Part shown: positions 31,884-41,781 of the stretch, one piece after another | Numbering within the stretch: the first letter of the stretch is position 1 | Layout: each line of letters begins with the position of its first letter | Virus record (IMG/VR): IMGVR_UViG_3300030061_002970 | Length of the DNA stretch: 64,000 nucleotides | Reading direction: 5' to 3' (one strand) | Source: a virus | Translations under genes and position numbers: made by a program | The notes under the pieces: model-generated | Seen by the model: the letters and a program-made list of their open reading frames with translations, nothing else | The model's database searches: none | What the model was told of the DNA's origin: nothing

Positions 31884-32316
31884 TAAAGAACAACACAAAG
31901 AGTTTAAAAATTATTGTCAATTAAATGAAATAGAAGACATTGATAATTTTATTGTTAAATGTGCTAAAGATGGATTAACATTAGATAAATACGGAATAGC
32001 ACCATTCTTACCTAAATCACAAATACAAGAAGTACCAGTAGAAAAAGAAATAATAAAAGAAGTTATTAAAGAAATACCGGTAGAAAAAGAAGTTATTATT
32101 GAAAAGATTGTGACTAAAGAGGTAAAAGATACTCAGTTAATTGAAGAATTAGAAAAGCTTAAAAAAGAATTAACTGAAAAATATAATATAATAAATGAAC
32201 AAAAAAATAAAATAAAACAACAAGATGATGTGTTAGAACACTTTAAAAATGTTACAGTCAACAGAAGAACTAAACACATGAGGTCATCTAACTTAAACGA
32301 CACTTATTACGATTAA
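31876..32316 (+). CDS. Hypothetical coiled-coil protein with EVPVEKEII-like repeats
   Basis: 146-aa ORF overlapping the upstream stop. Confidence 0.6.
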   Translation: MLSKEQHKEFKNYCQLNEIEDIDNFIVKCAKDGLTLDKYGIAPFLPKSQIQEVPVEKEIIKEVIKEIPVEKEVIIEKIVTKEVKDTQLIEELEKLKKELTEKYNIINEQKNKIKQQDDVLEHFKNVTVNRRTKHMRSSNLNDTYYD

Positions 32317-32320
32317 AACT

Positions 32321-32644
32321 ATGGAAATATTTATTTGGATTTTAACAGCTTACGGAATGTCAAACATATTAGTGTTTGGTAGTATTTTTGAAAACCTAAG
32401 AACTTGGTTAATAAAAAAATCAGAATTTTTTGGTGACCTAATTCAATGTATGATGTGTACATCTACATGGGTGGGATTCTTTTTCTCATTAGTATTTTTT
32501 TCACCAACAGCAGAACTAACAGTCATACCATACACTAATTGGTTTTTTGATGGAATGTTTGCTAGTGGTTCAGTATGGGCTATAAATGCTATTATAGAAT
32601 ACTTTGAAGAAAATAGAATAGACAAAGGGCCAGGAATACAGTAA
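32321..32644 (+). CDS. DUF1360-like membrane protein with CxxC
   Basis: FGDLIQCMMCTSTWVG motif and three hydrophobic segments. Confidence 0.6.
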   Translation: MEIFIWILTAYGMSNILVFGSIFENLRTWLIKKSEFFGDLIQCMMCTSTWVGFFFSLVFFSPTAELTVIPYTNWFFDGMFASGSVWAINAIIEYFEENRIDKGPGIQ

Positions 32645-32645
32645 A

Positions 32646-32674
32646 TTGATTTACACTTTAAAATTCTTTATATT
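32646..32674 (+). promoter_or_regulatory. sigma70-type promoter TTGATT-N17-TATATT, predicted +1 on ATG 32681
   Basis: Read directly from the sequence. Confidence 0.55.
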
Positions 32675-32680
32675 TTAAAT

Positions 32681-33850
32681 ATGAAGAAAATTAACATACC
32701 ACTGTTCAAGGTATTTATGTCACCTAATGCACCAGAAAAAGTTAAACAAGTACTAGAATCTGGATTTATAGGAGAAGGTGAACAAGTAAAATTATTTGAA
32801 AAAAATTTAAAAAAATACATAGGTTGTAAAAACTTAGTAACAACAAATTCAGCGACTTCTGCACTTCACTTAACACTTCATTTACTTAAAAATAATATTC
32901 ATGGACATAAAAAATATAATTGGCCTTTTGTAAAAGAAGGTGATGAGGTATTAAGTTGTCCACTAACTTGTACAGCAACTAATTGGCCAGTACTAGCTAA
33001 TAATTTAAACCTAAAGTGGGTCGATGTGGATAGAGATACATGCAATATGTGTCTAAGTGACTTAAAGAATAAAATATCATCAAAAACTAAAATTATAATT
33101 CTTGTTCACTGGGGAGGTAATCCAATAGACCTAAAAAAGATAGAAGAGATAAAAGAGTATTCAGAAAAAAAATATGGATTCAGACCTATCATAATTGAAG
33201 ATTCAGCACATGCATTCGGGAGCGAATATAAAGGACAGATACTAAGTTCAATAGATAACGACAATATAAAAGTTCATAGTTTTCAAGCTATAAAACACAT
33301 TACAAGTATTGACGGTGGGTGTATTATATTTCCAGATAATACCTTAACAAAACAAGCAAAACTTTTAAGGTGGTATGGTATTGATAGGGATGACAACACA
33401 AAAGATTTCAGGTGTGAAAATAATATTTCTGAATGGGGATTTAAATTTCATATGAATGATGTGTGTGCTACTGTAGGTATAGAAAATCTTAAATACGTTA
33501 ATAAATTACTTAAAATTAATAGAAGAAATGCTGATTATTATATAAAAAAATTAAGAAATAATCCGGATATTACCCTTTTAAAAGTTGATAAAAATAATAA
33601 TCCATCGTATTGGATATACACAATAAAGGTAAAAAATCAAACACGGTTTATGGAAAAAATGAATAAAAACAATATAATGGTTAGTAGGGTGCATGAAAGA
33701 AACGATAAACACTCATGTGTATTTAAATATAACACAAAATTGCCAAACCTAGACAAAATAGTTAATGAGATGATTTGTTTACCTGTAGGTTGGTGGTTAG
33801 GTAAAAAAGAAATCAAACAAATAGTAAAAGTTATAAATGATGGTTGGTAA
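32681..33850 (+). CDS. DegT/DnrJ/EryC1/StrS PLP-dependent sugar aminotransferase
   Basis: NSATSALH, GDEV, VHWGG, IEDSAHAFG, SFQAIKHIT (PLP Lys) and ICLP. Confidence 0.9.
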   Translation: MKKINIPLFKVFMSPNAPEKVKQVLESGFIGEGEQVKLFEKNLKKYIGCKNLVTTNSATSALHLTLHLLKNNIHGHKKYNWPFVKEGDEVLSCPLTCTATNWPVLANNLNLKWVDVDRDTCNMCLSDLKNKISSKTKIIILVHWGGNPIDLKKIEEIKEYSEKKYGFRPIIIEDSAHAFGSEYKGQILSSIDNDNIKVHSFQAIKHITSIDGGCIIFPDNTLTKQAKLLRWYGIDRDDNTKDFRCENNISEWGFKFHMNDVCATVGIENLKYVNKLLKINRRNADYYIKKLRNNPDITLLKVDKNNNPSYWIYTIKVKNQTRFMEKMNKNNIMVSRVHERNDKHSCVFKYNTKLPNLDKIVNEMICLPVGWWLGKKEIKQIVKVINDGW

Positions 33851-34901
33851 TAAAAGTATTTCGTGTATTATTTTAAGTTGTTTAAATGATTTATTTGTAA
33901 AGGAGAGATTAATACCTAGTATTAAAAGAACCACAAAACATTTAACAGATTGGGATATAGAAATAATAGTAATTGATGCCGGTCCAAAACAAAACTTTAA
34001 AATGAAAGGTATAAAAGTAATTAAATCACTACCATACCACATACCAAAAGCATATAATTTAGGTGTAAAAAACACAGATAAAAAGTATTTAGCTTTTTTT
34101 CATGATGACGTAGATATCTTAGACTATAATTGGGTATTAAAGGCAACTAAAGTACTATCAAGTGATGTGTACGCTGCTGGTCCAGATTTACACACCACAG
34201 GTATCCCGTACAAAAAATTTAAAACAAAATTTTTTTTAAAAGAAGCTCCTATGTTTATGGAAAGAGATAAGTTTTTAGAGATAGGTGGTTATGATGAGGA
34301 GTGTTATTTTGGTTATGAGGATTTAAAATTATCTAATTCTATTCATAGTGTTGGAAAAAAAATTAAAAAGATTAGGGTGAAATACCTACATTTTGGCGGT
34401 ACTACTAGTGTTCTAATAACACACAACAGTACAACACAAAAAAAATTAAAAAAAGAAATAATAAAATTTTATAGTGTAAAAGAACATAATAATTTTTTAT
34501 TACGACACCCTGAAATTAAAATAGTTAAAACAAATATATTTAAAAAATTTAAATCTCCAATAATGTGGTTTTTAATGATTTTAGCTAATAAATCAATCTA
34601 TATAAAAAACTTAAAAAAAATATCAGATAATTTAGGTATGAGGTATGTACATGATTACTGGGATTTAGAAAGAGTACCTTCAGAATTATATGACCTTTTA
34701 TTGCCTAGAACAGCAAAAGAAATGGATTTATATTTAGAAGACATCAAGGAAAATAGGAATGGTGAATTATACGGAAAATTAGAAAAATGGAAAAATAAAA
34801 AATTTGAAGAATATGCTAATAGTGACAAAAGAAAACTTGACGAAATTAATTTTAAGAATATTATTATTAAGTGTGTAGAAGCAATAAAAAAAAATATATG
34901 A
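33837..34901 (+). CDS. Glycosyltransferase family 2
   Basis: EIIVID, AYNLG, LAFFHDDV and IGGYDE..FGYEDLKL. Confidence 0.8.
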   Translation: MMVGNKSISCIILSCLNDLFVKERLIPSIKRTTKHLTDWDIEIIVIDAGPKQNFKMKGIKVIKSLPYHIPKAYNLGVKNTDKKYLAFFHDDVDILDYNWVLKATKVLSSDVYAAGPDLHTTGIPYKKFKTKFFLKEAPMFMERDKFLEIGGYDEECYFGYEDLKLSNSIHSVGKKIKKIRVKYLHFGGTTSVLITHNSTTQKKLKKEIIKFYSVKEHNNFLLRHPEIKIVKTNIFKKFKSPIMWFLMILANKSIYIKNLKKISDNLGMRYVHDYWDLERVPSELYDLLLPRTAKEMDLYLEDIKENRNGELYGKLEKWKNKKFEEYANSDKRKLDEINFKNIIIKCVEAIKKNI

Positions 34902-37228
34902 GTACATTAAAAAAATTAGAAAATCCCTTTATTAAGGTAACCTGGGAAGACATACCAGAAAACTTTACACAAGAAAGAATTAAGAGAGTTAGAAGTTATT
35001 TCCAAAATAAATATAATTCTAAAAATGTCACAATTCTTACAAGAGGCGTCGATAGAAAATCAGGTAAAGAATTAGACCTAGATTTAGAACAAAATATTTT
35101 AGACACAGCATACCAAAGAAATTTAATGTCACAATTTGTGATGGCAAATGATATGGGCGTAGATGTAAATCTACTAAAAAGATTGGATGATAAGGTAAAT
35201 GCTGAATTAGCTGATAGTGTAGAAATAGATACAAAATATAAAAGAGTTTATATTAAAAATATTAAATTTTCTAATTTTTTATCTTTTGGTGACAATAATT
35301 ATTTAGATGTTAAAAAATTAGGTGGGATAACAGTTATAGATTCTAACCCACCTAATTTTGGTGGTAAGTCAGTGTTAGCGGTAGACCTAATACTATTTCT
35401 ATTTTTTAATACCACAACAAAATCCAGTAAAGCTGGGGAAATATTTAACAGGTTTAAAAAATCAAATGAGGTTTTTGTACAAGGTGAAGTTGAAATAGAT
35501 GGTCGTGATTACATAATAGTTAGAAAAATAAAAAGAAGAAAAACAAAAAAGGGAGAATGGTCAGTTAGTACAAATCTAGAATTTTTAGAAAGAAAAGATG
35601 ATGGTTCACTACAAAATTTTACTGGGGAACAGAGAAGAGAGACTGAAAAATTTATAAAAGAATCTATAGGTACTATGAATGATTTTTTACTTACTGTACT
35701 ATCTACAGCATCTAATTTAGAATCTCTTATAGAGTCTAAACCTACTGAAAGAGGTAACGTTCTTAGTAGGTTTATAGGTTTAGAGGTTTTAAAAGATAAA
35801 GAAAAAGCGTGCAAAGAAATGTATTCAAAATGGTCTAAAACACTAATTTCTAATGTATATAATACAGAAGAATTAAAAGAAGAAATAAAAAAATATTTAA
35901 AAGAAAAAGAAGACCTAATAAAAAACAATGTAACCAACGAAAAAAATCTAAAAACTTGGGAAGGGGAGTTAAAAGAAAAAAATAACCTTAGAGATAATCT
36001 AATAAGTCAGAAAATAACTGATATAGATACTGAAATACAAAATGTGAACCCTAGATTGGTGGAGGGGAGTATAGAGCAAGTAGAAAACGAGCTAAATGGT
36101 TTAAGTACAAAATTAAAGGTCTATGGTGATAAAGAAATACCAGAAGAAATAGATTTAAATTTATTGAGAGATAAAACTAAAAGTAGAGATGAACTTAATA
36201 TTGAAAATGTAAAAAATAAGACTAATCTAAAAAATTTAACTAACACTCTCAAAAACCTAAAAGAATCTGAAATATGCCCTACTTGTAAACAAACATTAAA
36301 GGATGTGGACCATAGTGAAGAAATAGATAAATTAACTGAAGAAACAAAAAATTTAGAGTTAAATATAGAAAATAAAAACTTAGAATTAAAAAAATTAAAC
36401 ATTATTGTAGAGAATTTAACAACTAAAAAAAATGTTTTTGATGAGTATGAAAAAGAACTTTTAAAAAAAGAAAGGTTGATTTTAGAGGTTGGACAAAAAA
36501 AATTAGAACTAGAAAAATTAAAAAATAAATTAATTAAGTGGCAAGAAAATAAAGAAAGATTAGAAAATAATGCTAAATTAGAAAAAGGGGTATTAACTAT
36601 TAACTCTGAAATTGATGTGTTAAAAAATAAAAAAGAAAATATATTTAGAGAAGTTGAATACAATACTAATAGAATAGAAACAATAGATAATTCTATTAAA
36701 GATAATAATAGTAAGATAGAAAAAATAAAAAAAGAAAATAACGTAGAAAAAGTTTTTAGAGCTTACTTAACTGTATTTGGTAAAAATGGTATAATAAAAA
36801 CAATTGTTAAGAGCGTTGTACCCAAATTAAATAATGAATTGATGAGATTACTGTCTGATGTTACAAATTTTATGGTAGAGATAAGAGTAAACGATAAAAA
36901 TGAAGTGGAATTCTGGATGGTAGACAATCAAACAAATGTCGAAAAACTACTGTCTACTGGTAGTGGATTTGAAAAAACACTATCTTCTTTAGCTATACGT
37001 ACTGTATTGACTAAAGTATCCTGTCTACCAAGACCCAACATTACAGTTTTTGACGAAGTATTGGGTAAGGTAAGTAATGAAAATTTAGACCAAGTAGGGG
37101 TATTTTTTACAAGAATAAAAGATTATTTTGAAAACGTTTTTTTAATCACCCACAACCCACTAGTTAGAGAATGGGCAGATAACAATATAACAATTAAAAA
37201 AGAAAATAATATTTCAAAGCTTGTTTAA
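34898..37228 (+). CDS. SbcC/Rad50/gp46-like SMC ATPase
   Basis: FSNFLSFG, Walker A NFGGKS, coiled coil, Zn hook CPTC, signature GSGFE, Walker B VFDE, LITH. ATG 34898 overlaps the upstream TGA (ATGA); GTG 34871 is an alternative start. Confidence 0.9.
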   Translation: MSTLKKLENPFIKVTWEDIPENFTQERIKRVRSYFQNKYNSKNVTILTRGVDRKSGKELDLDLEQNILDTAYQRNLMSQFVMANDMGVDVNLLKRLDDKVNAELADSVEIDTKYKRVYIKNIKFSNFLSFGDNNYLDVKKLGGITVIDSNPPNFGGKSVLAVDLILFLFFNTTTKSSKAGEIFNRFKKSNEVFVQGEVEIDGRDYIIVRKIKRRKTKKGEWSVSTNLEFLERKDDGSLQNFTGEQRRETEKFIKESIGTMNDFLLTVLSTASNLESLIESKPTERGNVLSRFIGLEVLKDKEKACKEMYSKWSKTLISNVYNTEELKEEIKKYLKEKEDLIKNNVTNEKNLKTWEGELKEKNNLRDNLISQKITDIDTEIQNVNPRLVEGSIEQVENELNGLSTKLKVYGDKEIPEEIDLNLLRDKTKSRDELNIENVKNKTNLKNLTNTLKNLKESEICPTCKQTLKDVDHSEEIDKLTEETKNLELNIENKNLELKKLNIIVENLTTKKNVFDEYEKELLKKERLILEVGQKKLELEKLKNKLIKWQENKERLENNAKLEKGVLTINSEIDVLKNKKENIFREVEYNTNRIETIDNSIKDNNSKIEKIKKENNVEKVFRAYLTVFGKNGIIKTIVKSVVPKLNNELMRLLSDVTNFMVEIRVNDKNEVEFWMVDNQTNVEKLLSTGSGFEKTLSSLAIRTVLTKVSCLPRPNITVFDEVLGKVSNENLDQVGVFFTRIKDYFENVFLITHNPLVREWADNNITIKKENNISKLV

Positions 37229-37240
37229 ATATTTATAAGT

Positions 37241-37798
37241 ATGAAACCTAGAATAAAAAAATATCTATTATTTATGTTTGGAAATTGGGAAACAATAGAA
37301 AGAAACGCACCAATAATGAATAACATTAGAGATATTATGGAGACCATTGTCACAACACAAGAATTTAGTTTTGTTACTGGGGATAAAGTAATAATAATGT
37401 GTATAAAATCTGAATTAGCATTTGAAGATATAAATCAGATACTAGAAGAATTTTTAGAACCACACATATCTACTTATTTCTTAATGCCTAAACCTAGAAA
37501 ATTAGGTTATAGGTTAGATAAAAATTTAGAAAATCATTTATTTGGTAAAGCACCTTTACACCCACAACTAAATATAGACCCTAGAGTTGCACAAGCTTTA
37601 GCGGACCAACTTAAGAATTTAATGGATAGTAAAGTTAAGAGATTAAGAGACACACTACTTAACCCAATAGAAAAAATAAAACCAAACAAGTTAAGACCTT
37701 TAAACGTAGATAACGTCTTAGATAAGATTATTGATGAGGGTATGGAGAGTTTAACACAAGAAGAACTTGATTTCTTAAAAAAATATAATAAAATTTAA
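37241..37798 (+). CDS. Hypothetical protein with C-terminal DUF6576-like motif
   Basis: VDNVLDKIIDEGMESLTQEELDFL. TATTTATA upstream. Confidence 0.55.
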   Translation: MKPRIKKYLLFMFGNWETIERNAPIMNNIRDIMETIVTTQEFSFVTGDKVIIMCIKSELAFEDINQILEEFLEPHISTYFLMPKPRKLGYRLDKNLENHLFGKAPLHPQLNIDPRVAQALADQLKNLMDSKVKRLRDTLLNPIEKIKPNKLRPLNVDNVLDKIIDEGMESLTQEELDFLKKYNKI

Positions 37799-37825
37799 TA
37801 AATAACTTTTTAAAAATATTATTAT

Positions 37826-38191
37826 ATGAAATTTAATACAGGAAATTATAAATTATCATTATTTACTGAAGATGTATGTGAAGACTGTAAAAGTTTAAAA
37901 GATATTCTACAGGATAACAATATCCCATTCACCAACTTAAGTATCACCACTAAAGTAGATTCAGAAGAACAAAAAAAAATTAATTCTGCTAATAGATGGG
38001 ATTTTATAGATGCAGAAAGAGACAATAATGGGTTTAACTGGTTTACACCAGTTATGGTTATAGAAAGTGATAATGGTGAAATATCTTATATACCATCAGT
38101 ACGAGATACTGTAAATTGTGATGATGGGAAGTGTGTAAATGACATGACATCAGAAAACGTACTAAAAGTCCTAACACCATACCTTACCTAA
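37826..38191 (+). CDS. Glutaredoxin/thioredoxin-fold protein (CEDC)
   Basis: LFTEDVCEDCKSLKDIL..NNIPF and the cis-Pro loop FTPVMVI. Confidence 0.7.
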   Translation: MKFNTGNYKLSLFTEDVCEDCKSLKDILQDNNIPFTNLSITTKVDSEEQKKINSANRWDFIDAERDNNGFNWFTPVMVIESDNGEISYIPSVRDTVNCDDGKCVNDMTSENVLKVLTPYLT

Positions 38192-38237
38192 GATATAAGT
38201 TTATTCCAAAACATACAAATAATTCAAATTTATTTAT

Positions 38238-38304
38238 TATATTTGTACAATATTTAGTGAAACTGACAAAAAGTCAGTAATACCATTACGGTACACTATT
38301 TGTA
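38238..38304 (+). promoter_or_regulatory. Control region of the sigma gene: Bacteroidota-type TATATTTG, palindrome ACTGAC-N5-GTCAGT and a sigma54-like GG-N10-GT box
   Basis: TATATTTG 38238-45; palindrome 38262-78; CGGTACACTATTTGT 38289-38303. Confidence 0.45.
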
Positions 38305-38347
38305 ATAAAATAAGTATATAAACGTTTAATAAATAAAAAGTAATTAT

Positions 38348-39145
38348 ATGTCAAAAAATACATTTATAAACCAAGCAGAAATCTCTCAGTATCTAAAAGA
38401 TGTTAGAAAAAGAAAAATTTTAACACCAGCAAGAGAAAAAGAACTGGCAAAAATGATGTTAAGTAACGAACTTTCACTAGAGGAGAGAGAAAAAATACAT
38501 TTAGAACTATTAGAAGGAAATCTTAGATTTGTAATTAGTGTAGCAAAAGATTACCAAGGACAAGGAATAGATTTACCAGATTTAATAGCGGAAGGTAACT
38601 ACGGATTACTAAAAGCTATTAATAATTTTAAATGGGAAAAAGGGTTTAGATTTATATCATACGCTGTTTGGTGGGTAAAACAATCTATACTACAGTCTTT
38701 AAATGAACATGCACGTACAATAAGACTACCGGTAAATATTATACAAGAATTACATAAAGAAAGAAAAAAAGTTACCGACGAAATAGGTAAACTAAACACT
38801 AAACTAGCTATGTTACCAACAACTATAAATTATGACAGACCTATAAATGAAGAGGGTGATACACTTATAGATATTTTGGTTAATAAAGACGCGGATAACC
38901 CAGAAGAATCTTTTGCGGATGAGGTAAATTTAAAAGATGAGTTAACTAAGTTGATGGCGGCACTAGATGAGAGAGAAAAAAATATAATAATAGATTATTA
39001 TGGTCTTAATAAAACACCTATGACTCTACAAGAGATTGGTGATGGACTCTCATTAACAAAAGAAAGGGTAAGACAAATAAAAGAAAAAGCTTTACGTAAG
39101 TTAAGAAATGATAGCTATCAGTTATTAGAATACCTAACTGATTAA
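38348..39145 (+). CDS. RNA polymerase sigma-70 family factor (RpoD/RpoS-like, lacking region 1.1)
   Basis: YLKDV, NLRFVISVAK, DLIAEGNYGL, GFRFISYAVWW, RTIRLP and TLQEIG..LTKERVRQIKEKALRKL. Confidence 0.92.
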   Translation: MSKNTFINQAEISQYLKDVRKRKILTPAREKELAKMMLSNELSLEEREKIHLELLEGNLRFVISVAKDYQGQGIDLPDLIAEGNYGLLKAINNFKWEKGFRFISYAVWWVKQSILQSLNEHARTIRLPVNIIQELHKERKKVTDEIGKLNTKLAMLPTTINYDRPINEEGDTLIDILVNKDADNPEESFADEVNLKDELTKLMAALDEREKNIIIDYYGLNKTPMTLQEIGDGLSLTKERVRQIKEKALRKLRNDSYQLLEYLTD

Positions 39146-39166
39146 TATTTATCAATAAAAGGATAA

Positions 39167-40414
39167 ATGAAAAAAACATTATTTCCATTATTAATAGCAC
39201 TATCAGCACTTGCTGTATCTGGTTCAGCTGCTTTTTATTCGGTATTTGGTTTAAGTAAACTATTTGCGGGGGCTAGTACACAGGTAATTATTATGGCCGG
39301 AAGTCTTGAATTTGCCAAATTAGTGGTAGCATCACTACTATACCAATACTGGGACACCATAAATAGAGTACTCAGAATTTACTTATCTATAGCGTGTTTT
39401 GTTCTAATACTAATCACATCTGGTGGTATATACGGATTTTTATCTGGAGCCTATCAAGAAACAGCAACTAAATCGGAATTCTTGGACAAATCTTTAGTGG
39501 TTTTAGAAACTAAACAAAATAGGTTTGAAGAACAGAAGACAGACCTTACTTTAGAAAAGACACAATTAAATACAACTATTTCTGATTTAAGAACATCACT
39601 CTCAAATCCTGCTCAGGTATCATACTATGACGCCGAAGCTGAAAAAGTCATAACAACAACTTCCAGTTCAACAAGAAGAGCATTACAATCAGAATTAAAA
39701 ACTACAATAGAAGATAGAGATAAATTAAATCTAAAATTAGAAGCTGTAATGGATTCCGTAATGAGAATTGATACAGAACTATTAGAATTAGAAATTGGTA
39801 ACGAAGAACAAAGAGAATTAGGACCACTTAAATATCTTGCAGAAACAACAGGATACCCAATGGGACAAGTAGTCAATTGGTTTTTATTATTAATTATATT
39901 TGTTTTTGACCCATTAGCAATAGCATTGGTTGTAGCAGCAAACTTCGCATTTACACAAATACGAAGAAAGGAACCAGAAGTTAAAATGTCTGTACCAGAT
40001 GGATTAGAGTTTAACACACCTTATACTATGGAAGAAGTTTCGGAAGCTTTTAAAAGACAAGACAAAAAAGAAGAATTAGAAATAGATGAAAAAAGGATGA
40101 ATATAATAGGACAAAATGGTAATGACGGACTACACTATGATAATATCATAACCACAACGGAAAATTTAACCAAAGACGAAATAGAAAATATAAGTAAAGA
40201 AATAGGTAAGACCGAAAAAGAAACTAACCCAACACCAATAAATCCTTCTAAAAAAGACCTTGAAAAATTAGCCGAAGTACTTAATATTAATTATAGTGAT
40301 GAAAATGTAGATTTAGATAGACTAACCGACACAACACAAACATTAATAAATAAAGTTGTAAGAAGTGAAAATGAAAAAAATAAAAACACACTCAAATACA
40401 AAGGTAGAAAGTAA
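39167..40414 (+). CDS. Multi-TM coiled-coil membrane protein
   Basis: Three N-terminal TM segments, a coiled coil, then a TM with IFVFDPLA. Confidence 0.7.
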   Translation: MKKTLFPLLIALSALAVSGSAAFYSVFGLSKLFAGASTQVIIMAGSLEFAKLVVASLLYQYWDTINRVLRIYLSIACFVLILITSGGIYGFLSGAYQETATKSEFLDKSLVVLETKQNRFEEQKTDLTLEKTQLNTTISDLRTSLSNPAQVSYYDAEAEKVITTTSSSTRRALQSELKTTIEDRDKLNLKLEAVMDSVMRIDTELLELEIGNEEQRELGPLKYLAETTGYPMGQVVNWFLLLIIFVFDPLAIALVVAANFAFTQIRRKEPEVKMSVPDGLEFNTPYTMEEVSEAFKRQDKKEELEIDEKRMNIIGQNGNDGLHYDNIITTTENLTKDEIENISKEIGKTEKETNPTPINPSKKDLEKLAEVLNINYSDENVDLDRLTDTTQTLINKVVRSENEKNKNTLKYKGRK

Positions 40415-40928
40415 ACAAATTCTTTTGTGTAACACAAACAGAAATAGCAAAGATTTCCTAAACTCAATAAAATTTAGATTAAACGGTAACTATAAGAAAG
40501 TACCAAATTACCTAATAGAAAAAAGTGGTAAAATAAATAATTTAAATAAAGAAGACGTGACACCCTATTTTTTAGACGGATACACCAATAAAGGAGTGGT
40601 TGTTGTTTGTTTGGAAAATGTTGGTTGGTTAAAAAGAAGAAGGGTAGATGGTAAGTTTGTTGACTGGTTAGGTGATATTTATAATAATAAAGTCCATGAA
40701 AAAAAATGGAGAGGTAAACATTTTTGGGATATTTATAGCAATAAACAGATGGAAAGTACTTTAAAACTGGTTAAAGATATTTGTAAGAAACAAAACATAC
40801 CACAAGATTTTATAGGGCATAATGTTCTAGTTGATGGGATAGAAAATTTTAAAGGTATAGTTTCTCGAAGTAACTATAATGAATATTGGACCGACATAAA
40901 CCCATCTTTTAATTTTGAACTATTATGA
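40371..40928 (+). CDS. N-acetylmuramoyl-L-alanine amidase (Amidase_2)-like protein, apparently lacking the Zn-binding His residues
   Basis: Fold motifs YLIEKSGKI, CLEN, Y..KQMESTLKLV..IC...NIP and DINPSF. The expected HHT reads CNT and GIxSH reads GIVSR. Confidence 0.6.
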   Translation: MKKIKTHSNTKVESKQILLCNTNRNSKDFLNSIKFRLNGNYKKVPNYLIEKSGKINNLNKEDVTPYFLDGYTNKGVVVVCLENVGWLKRRRVDGKFVDWLGDIYNNKVHEKKWRGKHFWDIYSNKQMESTLKLVKDICKKQNIPQDFIGHNVLVDGIENFKGIVSRSNYNEYWTDINPSFNFELL

Positions 40929-41461
40929 AAAAAACTATTATTAAAGATTATACAGAGTACCACAATGATAAGTACGATGAAATGAAGTCACTTTTGAATA
41001 AATCTAAAAAATTATTTGAACAGGTGGAAAAAGATGATAATTTAGATATGCAAAGAGATGAAGAAAAAATAAAAGAGTATGAAGTTTCTAGTGGAAAAAT
41101 AATAGTACATGGTTATACCACAACAGATATCACTTTAACCGATGAAGAAAAAAACACATATCAGGAAACAATGGACGATTTTATTGAACAAGTTTCTGAT
41201 TTAGTAGATTACAACTCCCTCAACATATACGATAATAATGTAGAGTGGTCCGGGGTTTTGGTCAAATACGACACAGAATTCTTTTATACGGTAGGTGAAA
41301 GAAATGGAGTATATATTACAGGTAGTATGATTAAGGTAGACGCAGAAATGTTAGAGATGTTAAATAACCTAAAAGACTACTACCAAATATTCTCCGCAAA
41401 ATGGGCAAAAGTATTGGCAGATAGAAAGTCAACTAAAAAAATGGAAGACGAAAACAAATAG
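40925..41461 (+). CDS. Hypothetical acidic protein
   Basis: 178-aa ORF with ATGA overlap. Confidence 0.65.
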   Translation: MKKTIIKDYTEYHNDKYDEMKSLLNKSKKLFEQVEKDDNLDMQRDEEKIKEYEVSSGKIIVHGYTTTDITLTDEEKNTYQETMDDFIEQVSDLVDYNSLNIYDNNVEWSGVLVKYDTEFFYTVGERNGVYITGSMIKVDAEMLEMLNNLKDYYQIFSAKWAKVLADRKSTKKMEDENK

Positions 41462-41462
41462 T

Positions 41463-41780
41463 ATGGAATTTTTAAGAAAATCATGGAAATGGGTATTAGG
41501 TGTTATAGGGTTTTTTATAGGGTTTGTTTGGTTCATGAACGCCAACTCAAGTAGAAAAGTTAAAAAGATTAAAAAGAATATTAGGGGTAATGAAAATAAA
41601 ACGTCAGAGGTTGACGGCAAAATAAAGTATGTTAAAAAGAAAAAGAAAGTTACAAAGAAAAAAATAGCTGACACAGAAAAGGAATTAAAAGAACTTAAAA
41701 CTAAAAAACCTAAAGTAAAAAAGAAAACAGGGAAACAGGCAACTAACTCTCTAAAAAATAGACTTAAAAAAAGTAATTAA
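41463..41780 (+). CDS. N-terminal TM, Lys-rich coiled-coil protein (possible lysis accessory)
   Basis: WKWVLGVIGFFIGFVWF followed by a basic coiled coil. Confidence 0.55.
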   Translation: MEFLRKSWKWVLGVIGFFIGFVWFMNANSSRKVKKIKKNIRGNENKTSEVDGKIKYVKKKKKVTKKKIADTEKELKELKTKKPKVKKKTGKQATNSLKNRLKKSN

Positions 41781-41781
41781 T

